In this document: in pieces, positions 35,411 to 49,815 of the stretch
Layout: each line of letters opens with the position of its first letter
Position numbering within the stretch: position 1 is the first letter of the stretch
Origin: Heptranchias perlo
Taxonomy: Eukaryota
NCBI RefSeq assembly: GCF_035084215.1
Contig: NC_090334.1
Location: 44,888,001-44,952,000, forward strand
Direction: 5' to 3'
Length of the DNA stretch: 64,000 bases
The notes under the pieces: model-generated
Told to the model about the DNA's origin: nothing
What the model saw: the letters and a program-made list of their open reading frames with translations, nothing else
The model's database searches: none
Translations under genes and position numbers: made by a program

Positions 35411-37171
35411 GAAAAAATCTCTTGGTCACCTTGGTCATCCTATTTTTTCCTCCAGTTTTTTTTCTTCACCATTTTTCTTCCTGAAGAAAGGGACTTGTAT
35501 AGAGTTTCAGTTTCACGGTTGATGGTAGTTTATTTTAGTACCTCATCCAAGCAGTTATTGATGTGTGAGTGTGTACAATCAGCATCAGTGGGTTTGAGGT
35601 CATTACAGATGAGCCTGATCCAGCCTTCATATGGTGTTTTTTTATGAACTTCCAGGATGTTTACCATTTTTCTTTCTCTCTGAAGCCAGCTGTAGTACCC
35701 TCACTGTTTCCATTGCGAAGAATGGTCTGTTTTACAGTGTCCTAACATGCAGTGCATTCACTCACTGAACCACTACTTGCATCTTTCTGCCTTTTTGGGT
35801 AAAGAGACGGCTCTTAGACATGGATTTAGAATTTTGTGCAATATTTCATTGAGTAGTAGTGATGAATTTTCAGAAGTTTTTTTAAGTTTGTATCCCCATC
35901 CATTCAACCCCACCCAAACTGCTTGCAGCCCAGGCTCCTACTGGTTAAAAGACAGGTGAGAAAGCAGTGAAAGTGATACACATTTTAAAAGAAACTTATC
36001 TAAATTTATAATATCTAGCATTGAGACTGATGTTACAATATTGGTGAACCATTAGATTTCCTGATAGTAAATAGCTTCATTTGATATTGTAATTAAAGCA
36101 GGGCAGAGGTAGACACTATTGATCTTTTGTGACTTGCTAGGCTGTGAAATCTGTCCTCATTAGCATCTTTTTGCCTATTCACATTTTGCATTTTGGCATC
36201 CCTATATATGCTGAAATGACTAGGGTTTCTGCTCGACCCCTAGGCTTGCTATAGTTTCCTAGATATTGGGCTGGTAAAAATCCATAGCAGTTTGTAGGGA
36301 GCGAGGGCTTTTTATGTGAGTGATTGTTGATGATAAATCTGAGGAGAATATGAAGTAAAAATGTAACATAGATTTAATGTTTTAATATTTCCTAATGCGT
36401 TCGCACAGACACTATAGACGCTTTAATTTGGTTACTGTAACTGCTGAGAGAGGTTCTCAGCTATCTTTCTCCGTATTGGAGGAAATGCATGTTATTTGCC
36501 TGTGTTGAATGCACTTCAAAAGATGGATGAGTTAGCATTGTTAAGGTGGACTGCTGAATGAGTAGGATCTGTTAAGTCTAACATAGTATTGTTCATGAGC
36601 TGCTACCACACCTGCCTATCTGATCCCTTAATTTAGTTATGGGACAGAGGGTGAATGCACAGCTTTCATACACTCTTGTCCAGAAAGGTGGTGGTGTTTA
36701 AAACATTTCTTTCCTGACCGCCAGAAGGAAACACAGCTAATCATTTAGGATTGCCAGCCAAGTGATGGCAAAGTAACCATACATGTTTATGAAAAGGGAC
36801 AGGAAAAGAACAACTGGTCCATCTAGATGTGGTGCAGCCTACATGCACCATTGATCCAGTCCTCAATCATGCAATCTTCTGGGAGAGGCAAAATAAGAGA
36901 AAAGGCATTGGGCCAATTTAGGAAAAAATTCTGGGAAGATTCTCTCTAACCCCAGGAGGAAATCAAACCAGCTCAAGGAGGCTGAATTAACTGATGATAC
37001 CAGTGACTTTGAGCTTCACCTACCTTTCCAAACCTCGAGATGTCTTCCACTTGCAGAAAGTTGCTTAGTTTCACACTTGTAAATATTGATATTGGGAAAA
37101 TCTGTCAGGATAATTGTTGCCTTAGAACCATTCTGTGATTGACAGTTGTATTTAATATGGAGACCAGACAG

Positions 37172-37330
37172 NNNNNNNNNNNNNNNNNNNNNNNNNNNNN
37201 NNNNNNNNNNNNNNNNNNNNNNNNNNNNNNNNNNNNNNNNNNNNNNNNNNNNNNNNNNNNNNNNNNNNNNNNNNNNNNNNNNNNNNNNNNNNNNNNNNNN
37301 NNNNNNNNNNNNNNNNNNNNNNNNNNNNNN
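37172..37330. other. Assembly gap (159 N)
   Basis: Run of N. Confidence 1.
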
Positions 37331-37676
37331 CTCTCTTACTCTCTCCTCCCCTTCTCTCTCTCTTACTCTCTCTCCTCCCCCTTCTCTCTCTCTCTTACTC
37401 TCTCTCCTCCCCTTCTCTCTCACTCTCTCTCCTCTCCCTTCTCTCTCTCTTACTCTCTCTCCTCCCCCTTCTCTCTCTCTTACTCTCTCTCCTCCCCCTT
37501 CTCTCTCTCACTCTCTCTCCTCCCCCTTCTCTCTCTCTCTCTTACTCACTCTCCTCCCCTTCTCTCTCTCTCTTACTCTCTCTCCTCCCCTTCTCTCTCT
37601 TACTCTCTCTCCTCCCCCTTCTCTCTTACTCTCTCTCCTCCCCCTTTTACTCTCTCTCTCCCCCCTTCTCTCTCTC
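37331..37676. repeat. Pyrimidine-rich minisatellite, unit about 29-33 bp (ctctcttactctctctcctcccccttctct)
   Basis: About 11 imperfect tandem units abutting the gap. Confidence 0.9.
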
Positions 37677-40600
37677 GCCCGCCTGCATAGCCTGAATAGT
37701 GCACTTTGTTTTGACGGTGTTCAGTGCCATAGGAGGTCAATTAGATTATATAAAATTTTGAGAGCATCTGTAAACCTCCTAATTCAAAATACATACCACC
37801 TTAATTGTAAAATGACTTCATGCGTGTGTGTGTGTGTGTGTGTATTACATGATAAAGCTTTTAAAAAAAAAATATTCGTAACTGGAAAAAAACAGAAACC
37901 AGGATATCTTGCAGAATCTGACATTCCACTTGGCAATTTTGACTCAGTTTGTATAAATCTTAATCCTTGCCTTAATATACAGCTACCTAAATATTAAAGC
38001 ATTTCCTCTGGTCTTTGTTTGCTAGTTGAAAGAATACTCATAGTTTTTGCTCAACAATGTTCTCTGTACTTATCTTTCAAAAATCCTCTTGTGGAACACT
38101 CATTAGATATGAAGGTCTGCCTTTTTGAACTACTGCAGCGTAGGCTAAATTGCATTTAAACAAGACCACAGAAAAGTTAGGTAATATATTGTACCACTTC
38201 TTTGACCAAGCTTTTGGTCACCTACTTAATATCTCCTTATGTGGCATCAGTGTCAAATTTTGTTTGATAATGTTGCAGTGAAGCACTGTGGGACATTTTA
38301 CTATATTATAGTGCTGTATAAATGCAACTTGTTGTATGATACAGTAAAAACTTGATTATCTGCCTTCATGATCAGACTGAGCTGGGAGAACAGCTGGAGT
38401 TGGGTCCAAGAGACCAGCAGGGGTCAAGGCAACAGGGCAGAGGACCAGCACAGATCGGGACCAGTGGCCTGTTGAGAAATCAGCAGCAGTCAGCAATCTG
38501 ATTAAATAAATGCTTTTAACAAACCTTCTACATAATATTACTTAAACCATTTATGTACAGGTAAAAATATCATGTGACCTCTTCAGTATACTTTTAACTA
38601 ATGCAAATTAGGTATGGTAGTATAATGCTGGACTAGCAACAAATAGGGCTTGAGAATTCAAATCCTGTAAATTGTGAAATTGAATTCAATAAATCTGGTA
38701 ATTTGTGGGCTAGCACTGGAAAAATGACCATGAAAGCTTCCAGATGGTTGTTAAAAACTCAACTGGTTCATCACTGTCCTTCAGGGAAGAGAAATTGCCA
38801 CCCCTACTCATTCTAGACTACAGATGACTCCAGCCCCACACTACGTGGTTTACTGTTAATGCCCTCAGGGCAATGTGGATGGACAATAAATACCACCTTA
38901 CCAGTGTGTCCCACATCCCAAAAACAATTTTTTTTAAAAAAGCTTACACTAATTTATGTTCTGTGTGCTGAAACTAAACTTTCACTGTTTGAAATGTTAA
39001 AAAAAGTTAAGCATTGCACTCTGTTTTCCATACAGTTGAACCTATATTATCTGCCAATTCCTATTTTTCTGGATTTGGGGGCGTCCCTTCCATTATGGCA
39101 TTAATCATAATTCCACTGTGCTTGCTCTCTTTCAAACCAAATTTAGAAAAATGGAATGGAGTGTTTGGAAGTAACCATTTCATCTTGGCAAATTGTAACC
39201 TTCATTGTGTAAAATGACCCACACTACAGACTGTTTCTATCATGAAAACTAAAGATTGCTCTGTGAATATGGGTGCAGGACAAGATTACACAACATTCTG
39301 ATGTGATGTGTATTGTGACGCTGAGGCAATCTTAACAGTTCCCTAGTGGATGTGACCCCATGGCAAAAAACGTCCTTAAATTGGTAATTTCACTCTGGTA
39401 CTCCACTAAAGGTGACTGATGTGAGAAGCAGAATGATTAACACAGGTGCACTAAGGGTGCTCTTCTGTGTAGAGGCTAAAGAATACTGTTGGGCAGAATA
39501 AAGGGAACTTTGCTCTTTAGCTGATCTACTGTGCCTGACTTAGGAATGCTTGGTATTGACATTGGGAGACAAAATTGCAAAAATATTCCACTTGTCGGCA
39601 CTGTCATCCTTCATTTTGATGAGTACATAATTCACCTCCAAAAATTTGAAGGGGAGAAAAAATGATTCTAAATTTAAAAAAAATTCTGAACACTTCTCTT
39701 TCCTTGTTTTCTCTTTTCCATCCTCTATTTTTATTTTAGCTTTACAAATTTTTAAAAAAAAACTTGAAGCATTAGACCTTTGTTCCTGAGCCCACAAATC
39801 CTGCCAATTGAGGGTCAGAAGTTTGAAGATTGACGTGATTGCAGGCCAGTCAGCTCTTGACGTGGTTTTTTTCTAGTGTCAAATTTAAAATCTGATCACT
39901 CAACGAGTTATTTTGTTTGCTTCTTAGTTGTACCTGGATGAGACCTTGTTGGTAGTGCTCTAAGGATTAAGGTTCATTAAGAACAAGCTGCAATATTAGA
40001 GATTACAGATGTCTTAACTATTTTAGAAGGTAGCAACAGAATTACCAATTTCCATTACCTTGCATGCTGTATGGATGCTACACGTCTTGCTTTACTCCAA
40101 ACTGCTGTTCCTGTTTGTGCTTTGTAACAACTACATCATTTGAATGAGATTTTTTGTTAGAATTATTCCACTCAGTGTGCTGCTCCTATTGTTCTGACAT
40201 GCTTGCCTCTCATCAGAAGTACATGGGTGCACTAAGGCTGCTCTTCTCATCAGATGTACAACTTGGATAGGACATAGAAAAATATTCTGAAGAAATATTT
40301 ATTAATTTTTACATTTTTAGTTGAAAGAGACATTTTTGTTTATCTTCCTTAGATTCTATGCAGTTATCTTTTTTTATCTGTATCCGATATGATCTATTTC
40401 TTTTCCCCCATATTGTAATCAGTGTTGAGAAATGACACTTTCCATGGAACTTAGCAGAGTAAAGTACCTCCACTTCCCAACACAACCATTCCTGAGATTT
40501 TTGAGAATGTCAATTTGGGGCTAATTACTGCTGGATTATGATTGGTATTATGGATTTGCATCCATTAGGAACTGGATTGAGACTGTTCAAATGTTTACTT

Positions 40601-40924
40601 GGAATTCATGGAGCCAACAGATAAAAGAAACTTTCATTCCCTTAGACTGGTTGGATTTGAACCCAGGTCTCAGAGGTAAAAGTGCAGTGTTTTAATATGC
40701 TGTGTTACAGAGTACCAGATGTGGAACTTTTGAGAATTATCCCATTGTACTCAAAAGAAACCCTGTTGAAATTGTCCATTGCTTTGGTGACTCTGAAACA
40801 TTGGTACAATGGGATATCTTTTGATTTAAAAAAAAACATTTTTAATAGGTTGATTTTTTTTTTGCCAGGATATAAGTGTAAGCAAGTGTAGTAAAACATA
40901 CTAATTTTAAGATTTTTTTTTCAG

Positions 40925-41037
40925 CTGGTACTTCCCGAGTACCTCATCCATGCCTTCTTCTGTGTCATGTTTCTCTGTGCAGCAGAGTGGCTTACACTGG
41001 GTCTCAATATGCCATTGCTGGGCTACCATATTTGGAG
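40925..41037 (+). CDS. CNIH1: CNIH1 exon 3
   Basis: tttcag| [37 protein letters not shown](R) |gtaagt. Confidence 0.97.
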
Positions 41038-44000
41038 GTAAGTAGCTTATTGTCTGCCATTTTCTATCTAATGTGTTTTCAGCTTTTTTCTTGAATAGAT
41101 AATTGAATTTATCATGCTAAATATACATCAGCTGTCTTGTAGTTTATTTGCAACCAAAGTTGTACTTTAAGTTCTGTCTCTACATTCTGTGTATTTTTCC
41201 TTAAGCCTAGCACAAGATCTCTCCTATTTATAAGCACATTGGAATACTGAAATTCTGAAAACTTGGATGTTGGACAGAGAGACACCTGATGTCACGCCAG
41301 AATGAATAAAGTTTGCTTTATGAAAATTTGATAATTGAGCTTATTCTGATACCCAATGAATTCAATCTAGCAATAATTCTTGACACATCTGTCATTAAAA
41401 TGGCTGTAAATATGCAAAACCTGGTGAGAGAGTACATAATCTTCATCAATTAAGATTGTTTCAAATTGAACATTCCTGATTAGCATACCTGGCAAATTTA
41501 ACATTACTGAAATGTTCAATTAGGCTGCAAAGTCACAATAGACTTTTACAGAGACAAACTGGGTCTGTGTGTCAATGATGCCCAGAAAAGAAATGGAAAC
41601 AAATAATCTGAATAATATATGGGACATATGACCTGCTGACCTCTCTTTATTTGAAGCAATAATATAATGTACTAAACATAATGGAGGACAGCTGATTCCA
41701 CAACTTAAATAACTGCATGTACTTTCTGGCAGCAGGTTGCAATATTATTTTGTCTACAGAAAATTAAAAATTCAAACACGATTAGATGCTAGCACTTGAC
41801 TTGATGCTCTGCTTACTAAAACGCACAGATATGATTGAGTCTTCTACTACGTTGTGAGGTCAGTGAACCAGGAAGCAATTGGCTGAAGGCTTATTACTCT
41901 TGTGAATAATAGGTATTGCAGCCTACAAACCCAGAATTACCAGTAGCTTTTTCAAAATCCATCTTTTGTAGATGGAATCATCGGAAATACATACTGTAAG
42001 AAGCAGCACAAGTGTTGAAACAAATGCTTACCATGGCAGTAAATGCATGTAAATCCATATTTTCATGTCAGAAATTTATAGCTGCTTTTAAATTCACACA
42101 TTAATTGCCACAGAGTTTCATAATTTTAAAGGTGTCCTCGCAAGAAAACTTAAATTTTCTAGCACCCTATCACGTCTCAAATATCCCAAAACACTTCAGA
42201 AAAAACAAATAAATACAGTCACTATTGTTATGTAGGCAAACATTGCAGCCAATTTGTACACCGCAAAGTCCCATAAACAGCAACAAGATAAATAAAGAGT
42301 TGATCTATTTTTGGTGGTGTTGGTCGAGAAATGAATGTTGGTGAGCATACCAGGAAAACTCAGCTCTCCAGATAGTGCAATGGAATCTGTACACGTCCAT
42401 GTGAACTGGCAGACTGTTTAATGTCTCATCTGAAGGACTCCTTTGGCACTACACTAAAGTGCTGGCCCAGATTATGTGTTCATTTGGAGGTAGAATTACT
42501 GATACTAATCCTGTGCTTGATTGTGTACTTCTTACTTTCCATATATAGTATCTGTTGCATTCCAAATGTTGCACTTTATTCAGTTGCGATTTATTAGTGT
42601 TTTATGCAATTTTCAAAGAAGTGTAGAAAAAGAGAAAGAAAACTGATTATCTCTTGCTATTTTAGCTGGTCTTGAGACATCCTAGAGAGGGCTTTTGTGA
42701 TAACAAGGGGAGCTAAGTAAATGCCAATCTAGAGAGACTTCTAACAACAATAATTAGCCTCTAAATTTACTTTGGGACCTAATTAGACCACTTCCCCCAA
42801 GGATGCCTGACCCATGGCCTTTAAGAAGACATGCCAGTTTAGCATCTAAAATTATAACCATGCTTCAGACCCCAGACTACCCATGAGCAATACCATGGGG
42901 GTTCAGTTATGATATATTTAGTGGGGGGGTGTGCAGAGAATAACCTGCATGTCCTCTGATAATACCAGCATTTTAAAAGTGAAGCAGTGTGCTTGAATAT
43001 ATTTCTCTTCTCCCTCCCCAAAATAGTGTGGGCTCGCAATGTTCCCTATTTACTATTTGATTATGTTGTACTTTAAATACTATCTTAATTTTTAAATTTT
43101 GTTTTTCAAAGTGAAATTTAACTCCAAGTATTGAAGGAATGAAACAGATGGCCCAAAGTAAAGTTTACATTCCCAGCATTTATAGCTAAGTATCAGTATC
43201 AAATTGAAGCAGTGAAGTAAGAGTCAGAGAAAAATTTGGTCTGATGAACAGTTGATGTCTTTTCTGAAAATGAAAGTTAATTAAGACTGTTAATACATAT
43301 AGAATGTAGTAATTTGAGCATTTTTGAACAGATTTAAAAAAAAATATGCACTCCATTTAAATGTTTCCTGAAACAGTATACTATACAGATAATGTAATAC
43401 GTTTTGGAACTGTGATCTGACGATGACATTTCAAGTAAGCGGTATAAAGCAATAACATTTTAGGTCCAACAACATAACACACTTTTTAGCTGTTCGAGGC
43501 TTACCAGAAGCATGAGGAAGACAACCCAGTGAATCTTGCTTCAGTCTTCATTGAGGAGTTCAAAGAAACTTGCTTGGTTCTCTGCAAACCTGTGGTAGGC
43601 ATACATGGAGGATTATCACAAGATGTCATCAAGTCTGGATGCTTTTTTAAAATTAATTGCTCCTTCCATCAACAAAAGGAACACGGTGACCCCATTATTC
43701 AGTTTGTTGAATAGACGTCCAGGGTTGCTGAGTAGTTACAGAATTGATGTATATAACGGGTGAGGAGTGACTTATTGTTTGCATAGGGAGTTGGATGGCT
43801 TCCAGAGAGCTGCACATAGGCATGACTGGCTTCCAGAGAGCCACAAATCATTGGTCAGAAACGGTAAGAAAAGTTATTTGGCAGAAACCTGGACTTCTAT
43901 GAACATTGTCTCTTCCCCCCCCCCCCCCCCATCCAGTAATTGGATTAATCCAAAAAAGAACCTGTTTGTCTATGGCCATGATTGTGATCCACGGCTATTA

Positions 44001-45014
44001 CCGAGCATCAATTATGCATATCAGACATGGGGAACCTCTGTTTCATTGGTTCATACAGAAACACCTGCAAAGAAATGTTCAGAGCCAGCTAGATTGTTGG
44101 GACGGTGGAGTACACATCCAACTTGATGAACCTAAAAAAAAAGGCAAGATGAATGACCTAAAGAATTAATAGGTGGCATGCTGCGATGCTGCATCATGTT
44201 GGATACGAACTTAAGCATTGAAAAAGAATAGGCCATTCGGCTCATCAAGGCTGATCTTTCCACAGACCAGGTGCAATCTACTCCATCTGTTTAATTTCCC
44301 ATGGGGAACGACCTGCACAAATGCTCAGGATCCCCAAAGGAATCAAGCAAACTCCAGAATATCTGCTAATTCCCACATTTCCAGTACTCGGCCATGGCTC
44401 GGTGGCTGTTTCTAGCCCCAGCAGCGCAGGAATCATTATATTCTGTGGAATACAACTACTACTGATAATTTGAAGTCATTTTTTCTGCTAAAGGTTTTGA
44501 ATTATCTAATAATTGGAATTAAGCAATGTAAATAATACAAAGTGTGAATTTAGTGCTAAAAAATTGAATTATCAGAGATATTTGAACTATGAGGAGTAGA
44601 TTTCATTTGTCATCCCATTTTCTACTTATCTCCATATCCTTCCCTGTCCACTACCCTTTAGCATGGTGGGAGTGACAAGAGAGAATAATTATTTGGAGGA
44701 GACTGGTTCAAATTTCTATAAATGCAAGTAGGTGCTGTTACTGCAAGTCAAATAACCTGTTCTTAGTTTCCCCATGTGTGCTTCTCCAGCATCTTGGATA
44801 CCAGAACCATGTCTTTTCCCTTTCAAAAAAAAATCCAATAAAAACAAGCTCAGCTTTGTGAATTTCTCAGCTTATATAAAACCTAAGTCCAAGAATCATC
44901 CTTGGTCTCTGAACCCTCTCATCATTTGATGCATCATGATTCATCAATGTCAGCAACAACTTGTACCTTTTTAATGTAAGACCCCAAAGCGCTTCACAAA
45001 TGGGTTTATTTGAA

Positions 45015-45408
45015 GATGGAACAGGTGTAGGCCATTCAGCCTCCCGAGCCTATTCTGCCATTCAATAAGATCATGGCTGACCTGTCCCTCGACGCTATTT
45101 ATCTGCCTTTGATCCATATCCCTTGATACCTTTCCCTAATAAAAATCTATCAGTCTTGAAAATTTCAATTGACCTAGCATGCACAGCCTTTTGGGGGAAA
45201 TAATTCCACATTTCTACTACCCTTTGTGTGGAAAAAGTGCTTCCTGATTTCACTTCTGAATGGTCTAGCTCTAATTTTAATACGTGCCCCCTTGATTCTC
45301 CCACCAGAGGAAACAAGTACTCTGTCTACTCTATCGTGTCCGTTTATCATTTTAAGCACCTCAATTAGGTCACCCCTCAACTTTCTAAATTCAAGGAAAT
45401 ACAACCCT
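45015..45408 (-). mobile_element. CR1 3' fragment
   Basis: LEFRKLRGDLIEV and TQRVVEMWN. Confidence 0.8.
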
Positions 45409-46058
45409 TGATTGCTAAAAATCTCTCAGTATTCTGATGATTTATACAATGTGTGGCTATGGTTATGTGAATACTCAGAAGCTGACTTCTTTCCATTAAC
45501 TGATGAAGATGAGTAAAACAAGTGTTCTGGTCCCTCTTTTATTCCAGACTACGAACAAAGCCAAATATAGTAATACTCTTGGGAACACCCTGACAGTTTC
45601 TTGAAAACTTGTGATCTGAGGCACTTTCTAAAAAAGATGCTATTATGTGTTTGATTTATGGTTTTCTAAACAAAGTGAAGAAGAATTATTTTACTTCCAT
45701 TATTGTCTGAATAGTTGTGCATCAGTTTTTCAATGAGAGTCACAAAGCCAGTTTATATCCAAAATATTTATTTTTTCCAATTTTATTGAGTTTACCTATC
45801 AAATTGCTTTTTAAATTATTAAATTAAATAATGCAATGAAATGAGATGAATTTTCTACGTAGTCCACAAAGTTACTTTTATGGCTGTTGTTCCTTATTTT
45901 GTATTGAGCCCGTGCTTTATAAATGATCTGTAAACAGTCTGCTCAATTCTAAGCTTAATCATATGTTGATCACTTTTGCATTTAATAATAGAAAAGGTGA
46001 CTTTTTCACAAGTTAATTGACTACATTCCGTTTTAATCAAAAAAAATTCTATTTGCAG

Positions 46059-46202
46059 GTACATGACTAGACCAGTAATGAGCGTTCCAGGTCTCTATGA
46101 TCCAACCACTATTATGAATGCTGATATACTAGCATACTGTCAGAAGGAAGGGTGGTGCAAACTAGCATTCTACCTGTTGTCTTTTTTTTACTACCTATAT
46201 GG
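46059..46202 (+). CDS. CNIH1: CNIH1 exon 4
   Basis: ttgcag|G; [47 protein letters not shown](G) |gtaagt. Confidence 0.97.
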
Positions 46203-46829
46203 GTAAGTTAATACAAAGGTGAATTATATTTTTATGACTATTTTCTCATTTTTACCACTGACATTTGTGTACCACACTTTAATTATAAATATCCATAGTA
46301 TAGTAAATTTAGAATGACTTGGACGCTTTTTAAGTACTAAACTTAAGGTATCGGGATTCTTGCTTGTTCTCAGACAAGACAATATTTTTTAATTGAGAAA
46401 CTTAGGTGAAGAACCAAGACTGTCACTGCAGATTAAAAAGAATAGAAGATGAGATAAAATGAGAAATAATGGTTGGGTAATGTTAAGCTCGGGTTTTAAA
46501 ACCCTATAGAAGGAAGGAGAGCTGAGGAAGTTAATGGAGTTCCTGAGTTTTGAGGTCCCAGGAAACGAAGAGCTGAAGTAGAAGACTGGGCAATGAATCA
46601 ATTTCAAGACCGAGGGGAGGCAAAAAGTGTACAGGATGACATACTTGGAATTAAGAAGGAACAAAAGGAAAAAGTTAGAGGGATAATGACCATAGTAATA
46701 ATGATAAAATACAGACAAAAAAATTGCATTGGAGGGAGAATGATTAGAAATGCAGGAGAGAGAAAGATTACCTATCAGATTTCTTGTATCCCATCCAGAA
46801 GCATTGAAAAGGTGGTAGAAGAGCCTTTT

Positions 46830-48365
46830 TAAATCTTGGGATGTGTACAGAAAGTCTGCATTCATTGCCCATCCCCAAGAAGGAAGTGGTGGGCATTTTC
46901 CTTGAACCACTGTAGTCCTTGAGATGGTGCTCCCACAAGAGTGTTAGATAGCTATTTCCAGGATTCTGACCTAGAGGTGATATCCAAGAATGGGTGGTGT
47001 GTGACTTGGAGGAGAACATTGCTGCTCTTGATTCTGGCAATAGAGGTCACAGGAGGGATGTATTGTCAAAGTAACCTTGGTGAGTTGCTGTAGTGCATCT
47101 TACAGATTGTACATAATGCAGCCACGGTTTGTCGGTGATGGATATTGAGTCCAGTGCTTAGTTGCAGCTATAGCCATCCAGGCGAGTGGTAAGTATTCCA
47201 TCACATTCCTGACTTGAGCCTTGTGGATAATGGAGAGGCTTTGAGGGGAGTCATATCTGATGCAAAGGAAGATGCTCGTGGTTTGAGATGAACCACCCAG
47301 CCTCTGTCCTGCTCTTGTAGCCACTATACTTATGTGGCTAGTCCAGTTTGGCTTCTGAAAAATGGTGACTCCCAGGATGTTTATGGTGGAGGAACTCAGC
47401 AATGATGGTGCCATTGAAGGTCATGGGGAGGTGGCTTGTTCTCTTGTTCAAGATGGTTATTACCACCATTTATCAGCCCAAATCTGGATTTTATCCAAGT
47501 TCTATTGTAGGCTGTCATGTGCTGCTTCATTATCAGAGGAGTTGTGAATGGAGTACACGGGAATTGTCAGCAAACAGCCACACTCTTGGCCTTATGATCA
47601 AGGAAACGTCATTGCTGAAACAGTTGAAGATGGTTGGGCTGAGGATGCTTCCCTGAGGAACAGTGATATCCTGGGACCATGGTGACTGGCCTCTGACAAC
47701 CACAGCCACCATCCTTTGCATCAGGTGTGATTCCAGCCATTGGAGGGGTTTCCCCATGACCCCTATTAACTTAAGTTTTGCTCGGGTTCTTTGATGCTAT
47801 ACTCAAGTCAAATGCTGCCTTGATGTTGCACACATCTCTCCTCTGGCATTCAGCTCGTGTCTTTGTCTGGATCAAGGCTGTCATGTAGTCTGACGCTGAG
47901 TGGTTCTGGTGGAACCCGAACTGAGCATCAGCGAGCAGGTTATTGCTCAGTAGGTATTGTGTGATGGCATTATTGATAACTCCTTCCAATACTTTACTGA
48001 TGATTAGGAGGAGGCTGATATGGTGGTAAATGGCTGGTATAGATTTGTCCTGTTTTGTGTGGATAGGACATATCTGGGTGATCTTACATATTCAGGTAGA
48101 AGCCACTGTCATAGCTCTACTGGAACAGCTTGGCTAGCAATTAACTCTGGTGCACAGGTCTTCAGTACATCCGGAATCGTTTTGGGGCCTATACCTTTTG
48201 CTGTGTCCATTGCACTCAGCTGCTTCTTACTGACATGTGGGGTGAACAGAATTGCTAGAGACTGGTATCTACGATGGAAAACTCGGAAGAAGACTAAGTT
48301 GGATCATTACTTCTGGCTGAAGACACTTGCAAAAACTTCAGTCACGTCTCTTGCACTCAAGTGAT
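46830..48365 (-). mobile_element. Older HER1-like LINE copy
   Basis: Frameshifted homologue of 13695-15270 (DAQFGF, VPQGSILSP, FADN, KAQVRNVMEY). Confidence 0.85.
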
Positions 48366-48369
48366 GGGT

Positions 48370-49660
48370 CAGACCAGGTTGACACCACATATGGGACAGC
48401 ATTCAAGTTTTGGACAAGTTAGGGCTTTATCAATGATGAAGAGTTGTTGAAGGAAAAAGTGTTTGGCATGAAAGTGGAATCTAAGCTGCTTAGAGGTATC
48501 TTCAGCAGTGGAAGAGATATGCGAGTTTCATTTGAGAGAGGAGAGTGAATCTGAATAAGATGAGGCACTAATAATTGGGTCATCAAAGGTAAGATGTGTT
48601 AACCATTGGAAGGATTTGTAAGAGATGGTGGGAAGCTGTTAATGAAGAATTGAAAGAAACAAGTATTTTATTGCCTTAGTAAAAGACATGGAGAAGATCA
48701 AACCACTGCACTGTGAGGAATGAAGATTGGGAGTACTGAAATAAGTTAATGAATAGAGTGGATAAGGTTGGATAGTGAGTGAAGGAGGTCATTCCTATGG
48801 AGAAAGAACAGAGTTGGTGAGGGTGTAGAGCCCTAGGGTAATCCTGATGGAAAGAGAGGATGTGCTATCAGGTACAGCACATAGAGCAATGTAGGTGAAA
48901 TTAGATATCCATGAACGTAACTCATGGAAGACTCATGTGGTTGCTTGTTTAGAAGTGCACAGTTCCAGGCCCATCAAAGGCTTTGGAAATGTCACGTGAG
49001 GCAGCAACTGAGGAGAAAGAAACAGAGTTAACGTTTCAGGTCGAAGACCTTTTGTCAGACCTGAAACATTAGGATGAATACAGGCAAATTTCCAAGAAGA
49101 GGGAAGGCTGGACTGGGAATAAAAGACTGAAATGTTTCGACTTCTCCACAGATGCTGCCTCATTTGCTGAGCTTTTCCAGCATTTTCTGTGTTTATTTCA
49201 GGTTTCCAGCATTTGCAGTATTTTGCTTGTGATAAATGACTCACTAGAGTGTACAAGAGTAGAGTTGTAGAGGTGAATAACAGACAAAAAGATCACCAGT
49301 AGAACCTGAAGGAGATACAGAAAACTATACTGGCAATTGTGGTTTAGGCTACAACTTTCAGGATGAAAGACCAACTTCCATAACTTTAGACAGTAGTTGA
49401 GATTAGGGATGGGCAATAAATGCTGGCCTAGCCAGCGATGCCCACATCCCATGAATGAATTTTTAAAAAAAGATGGAATGGTTATAGGGGTCGCCTTTCT
49501 TAGGATGAATAGAGGCAAATTTCCAAGAAGAGGGAAGGGTGGACTGGAATAAAAGACTGAAGAGACAGCATAAGTCAAGGGTAAGTTCAGAACCACATAG
49601 CTTGAGGACATTAGGAGGGATATCATCAGAACTGTATTCCAGAGAGCAGAGGTTATTGAA
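48370..49660 (-). mobile_element. Ancient LINE RT relic interrupted by a Penelope-derived short repeat (about 49005-49230) and a LINE/SINE tail
   Basis: LPSSWKFASIHPKKGDP and SGLP*GSTPSPTLFFLHRNDL remnants. Confidence 0.6.
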
Positions 49661-49787
49661 TCTCCCCACAGCTATTCATTTGGTTACTGTTAATGTACTT
49701 TTAAAACTTATAAATTGAATCAATAGTAGTTTTTATTTCATTTTGGCAGATTTAACATGGTAGATTTTTAACAATTTTGTTTTGCAG

Positions 49788-49815
49788 CATGATCTATGTG
49801 CTGGTGAGTTCTTAA
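49788..49815 (+). CDS. CNIH1: CNIH1 exon 5 (terminal coding part)
   Basis: ttgcag|C ATG...; MIYVLVSS*. Exons sum to 435 nt = 144 aa + stop. Confidence 0.96.

Noticed and set aside
37016-37997. Long ORFs of 135-283 aa
   Set aside because: Artefacts of the N gap and the CT minisatellite.
46389-46910. 173-aa hydrophobic minus-strand ORF
   Set aside because: Reverse of purine-rich decayed LINE sequence; no recognisable domain or splice structure.
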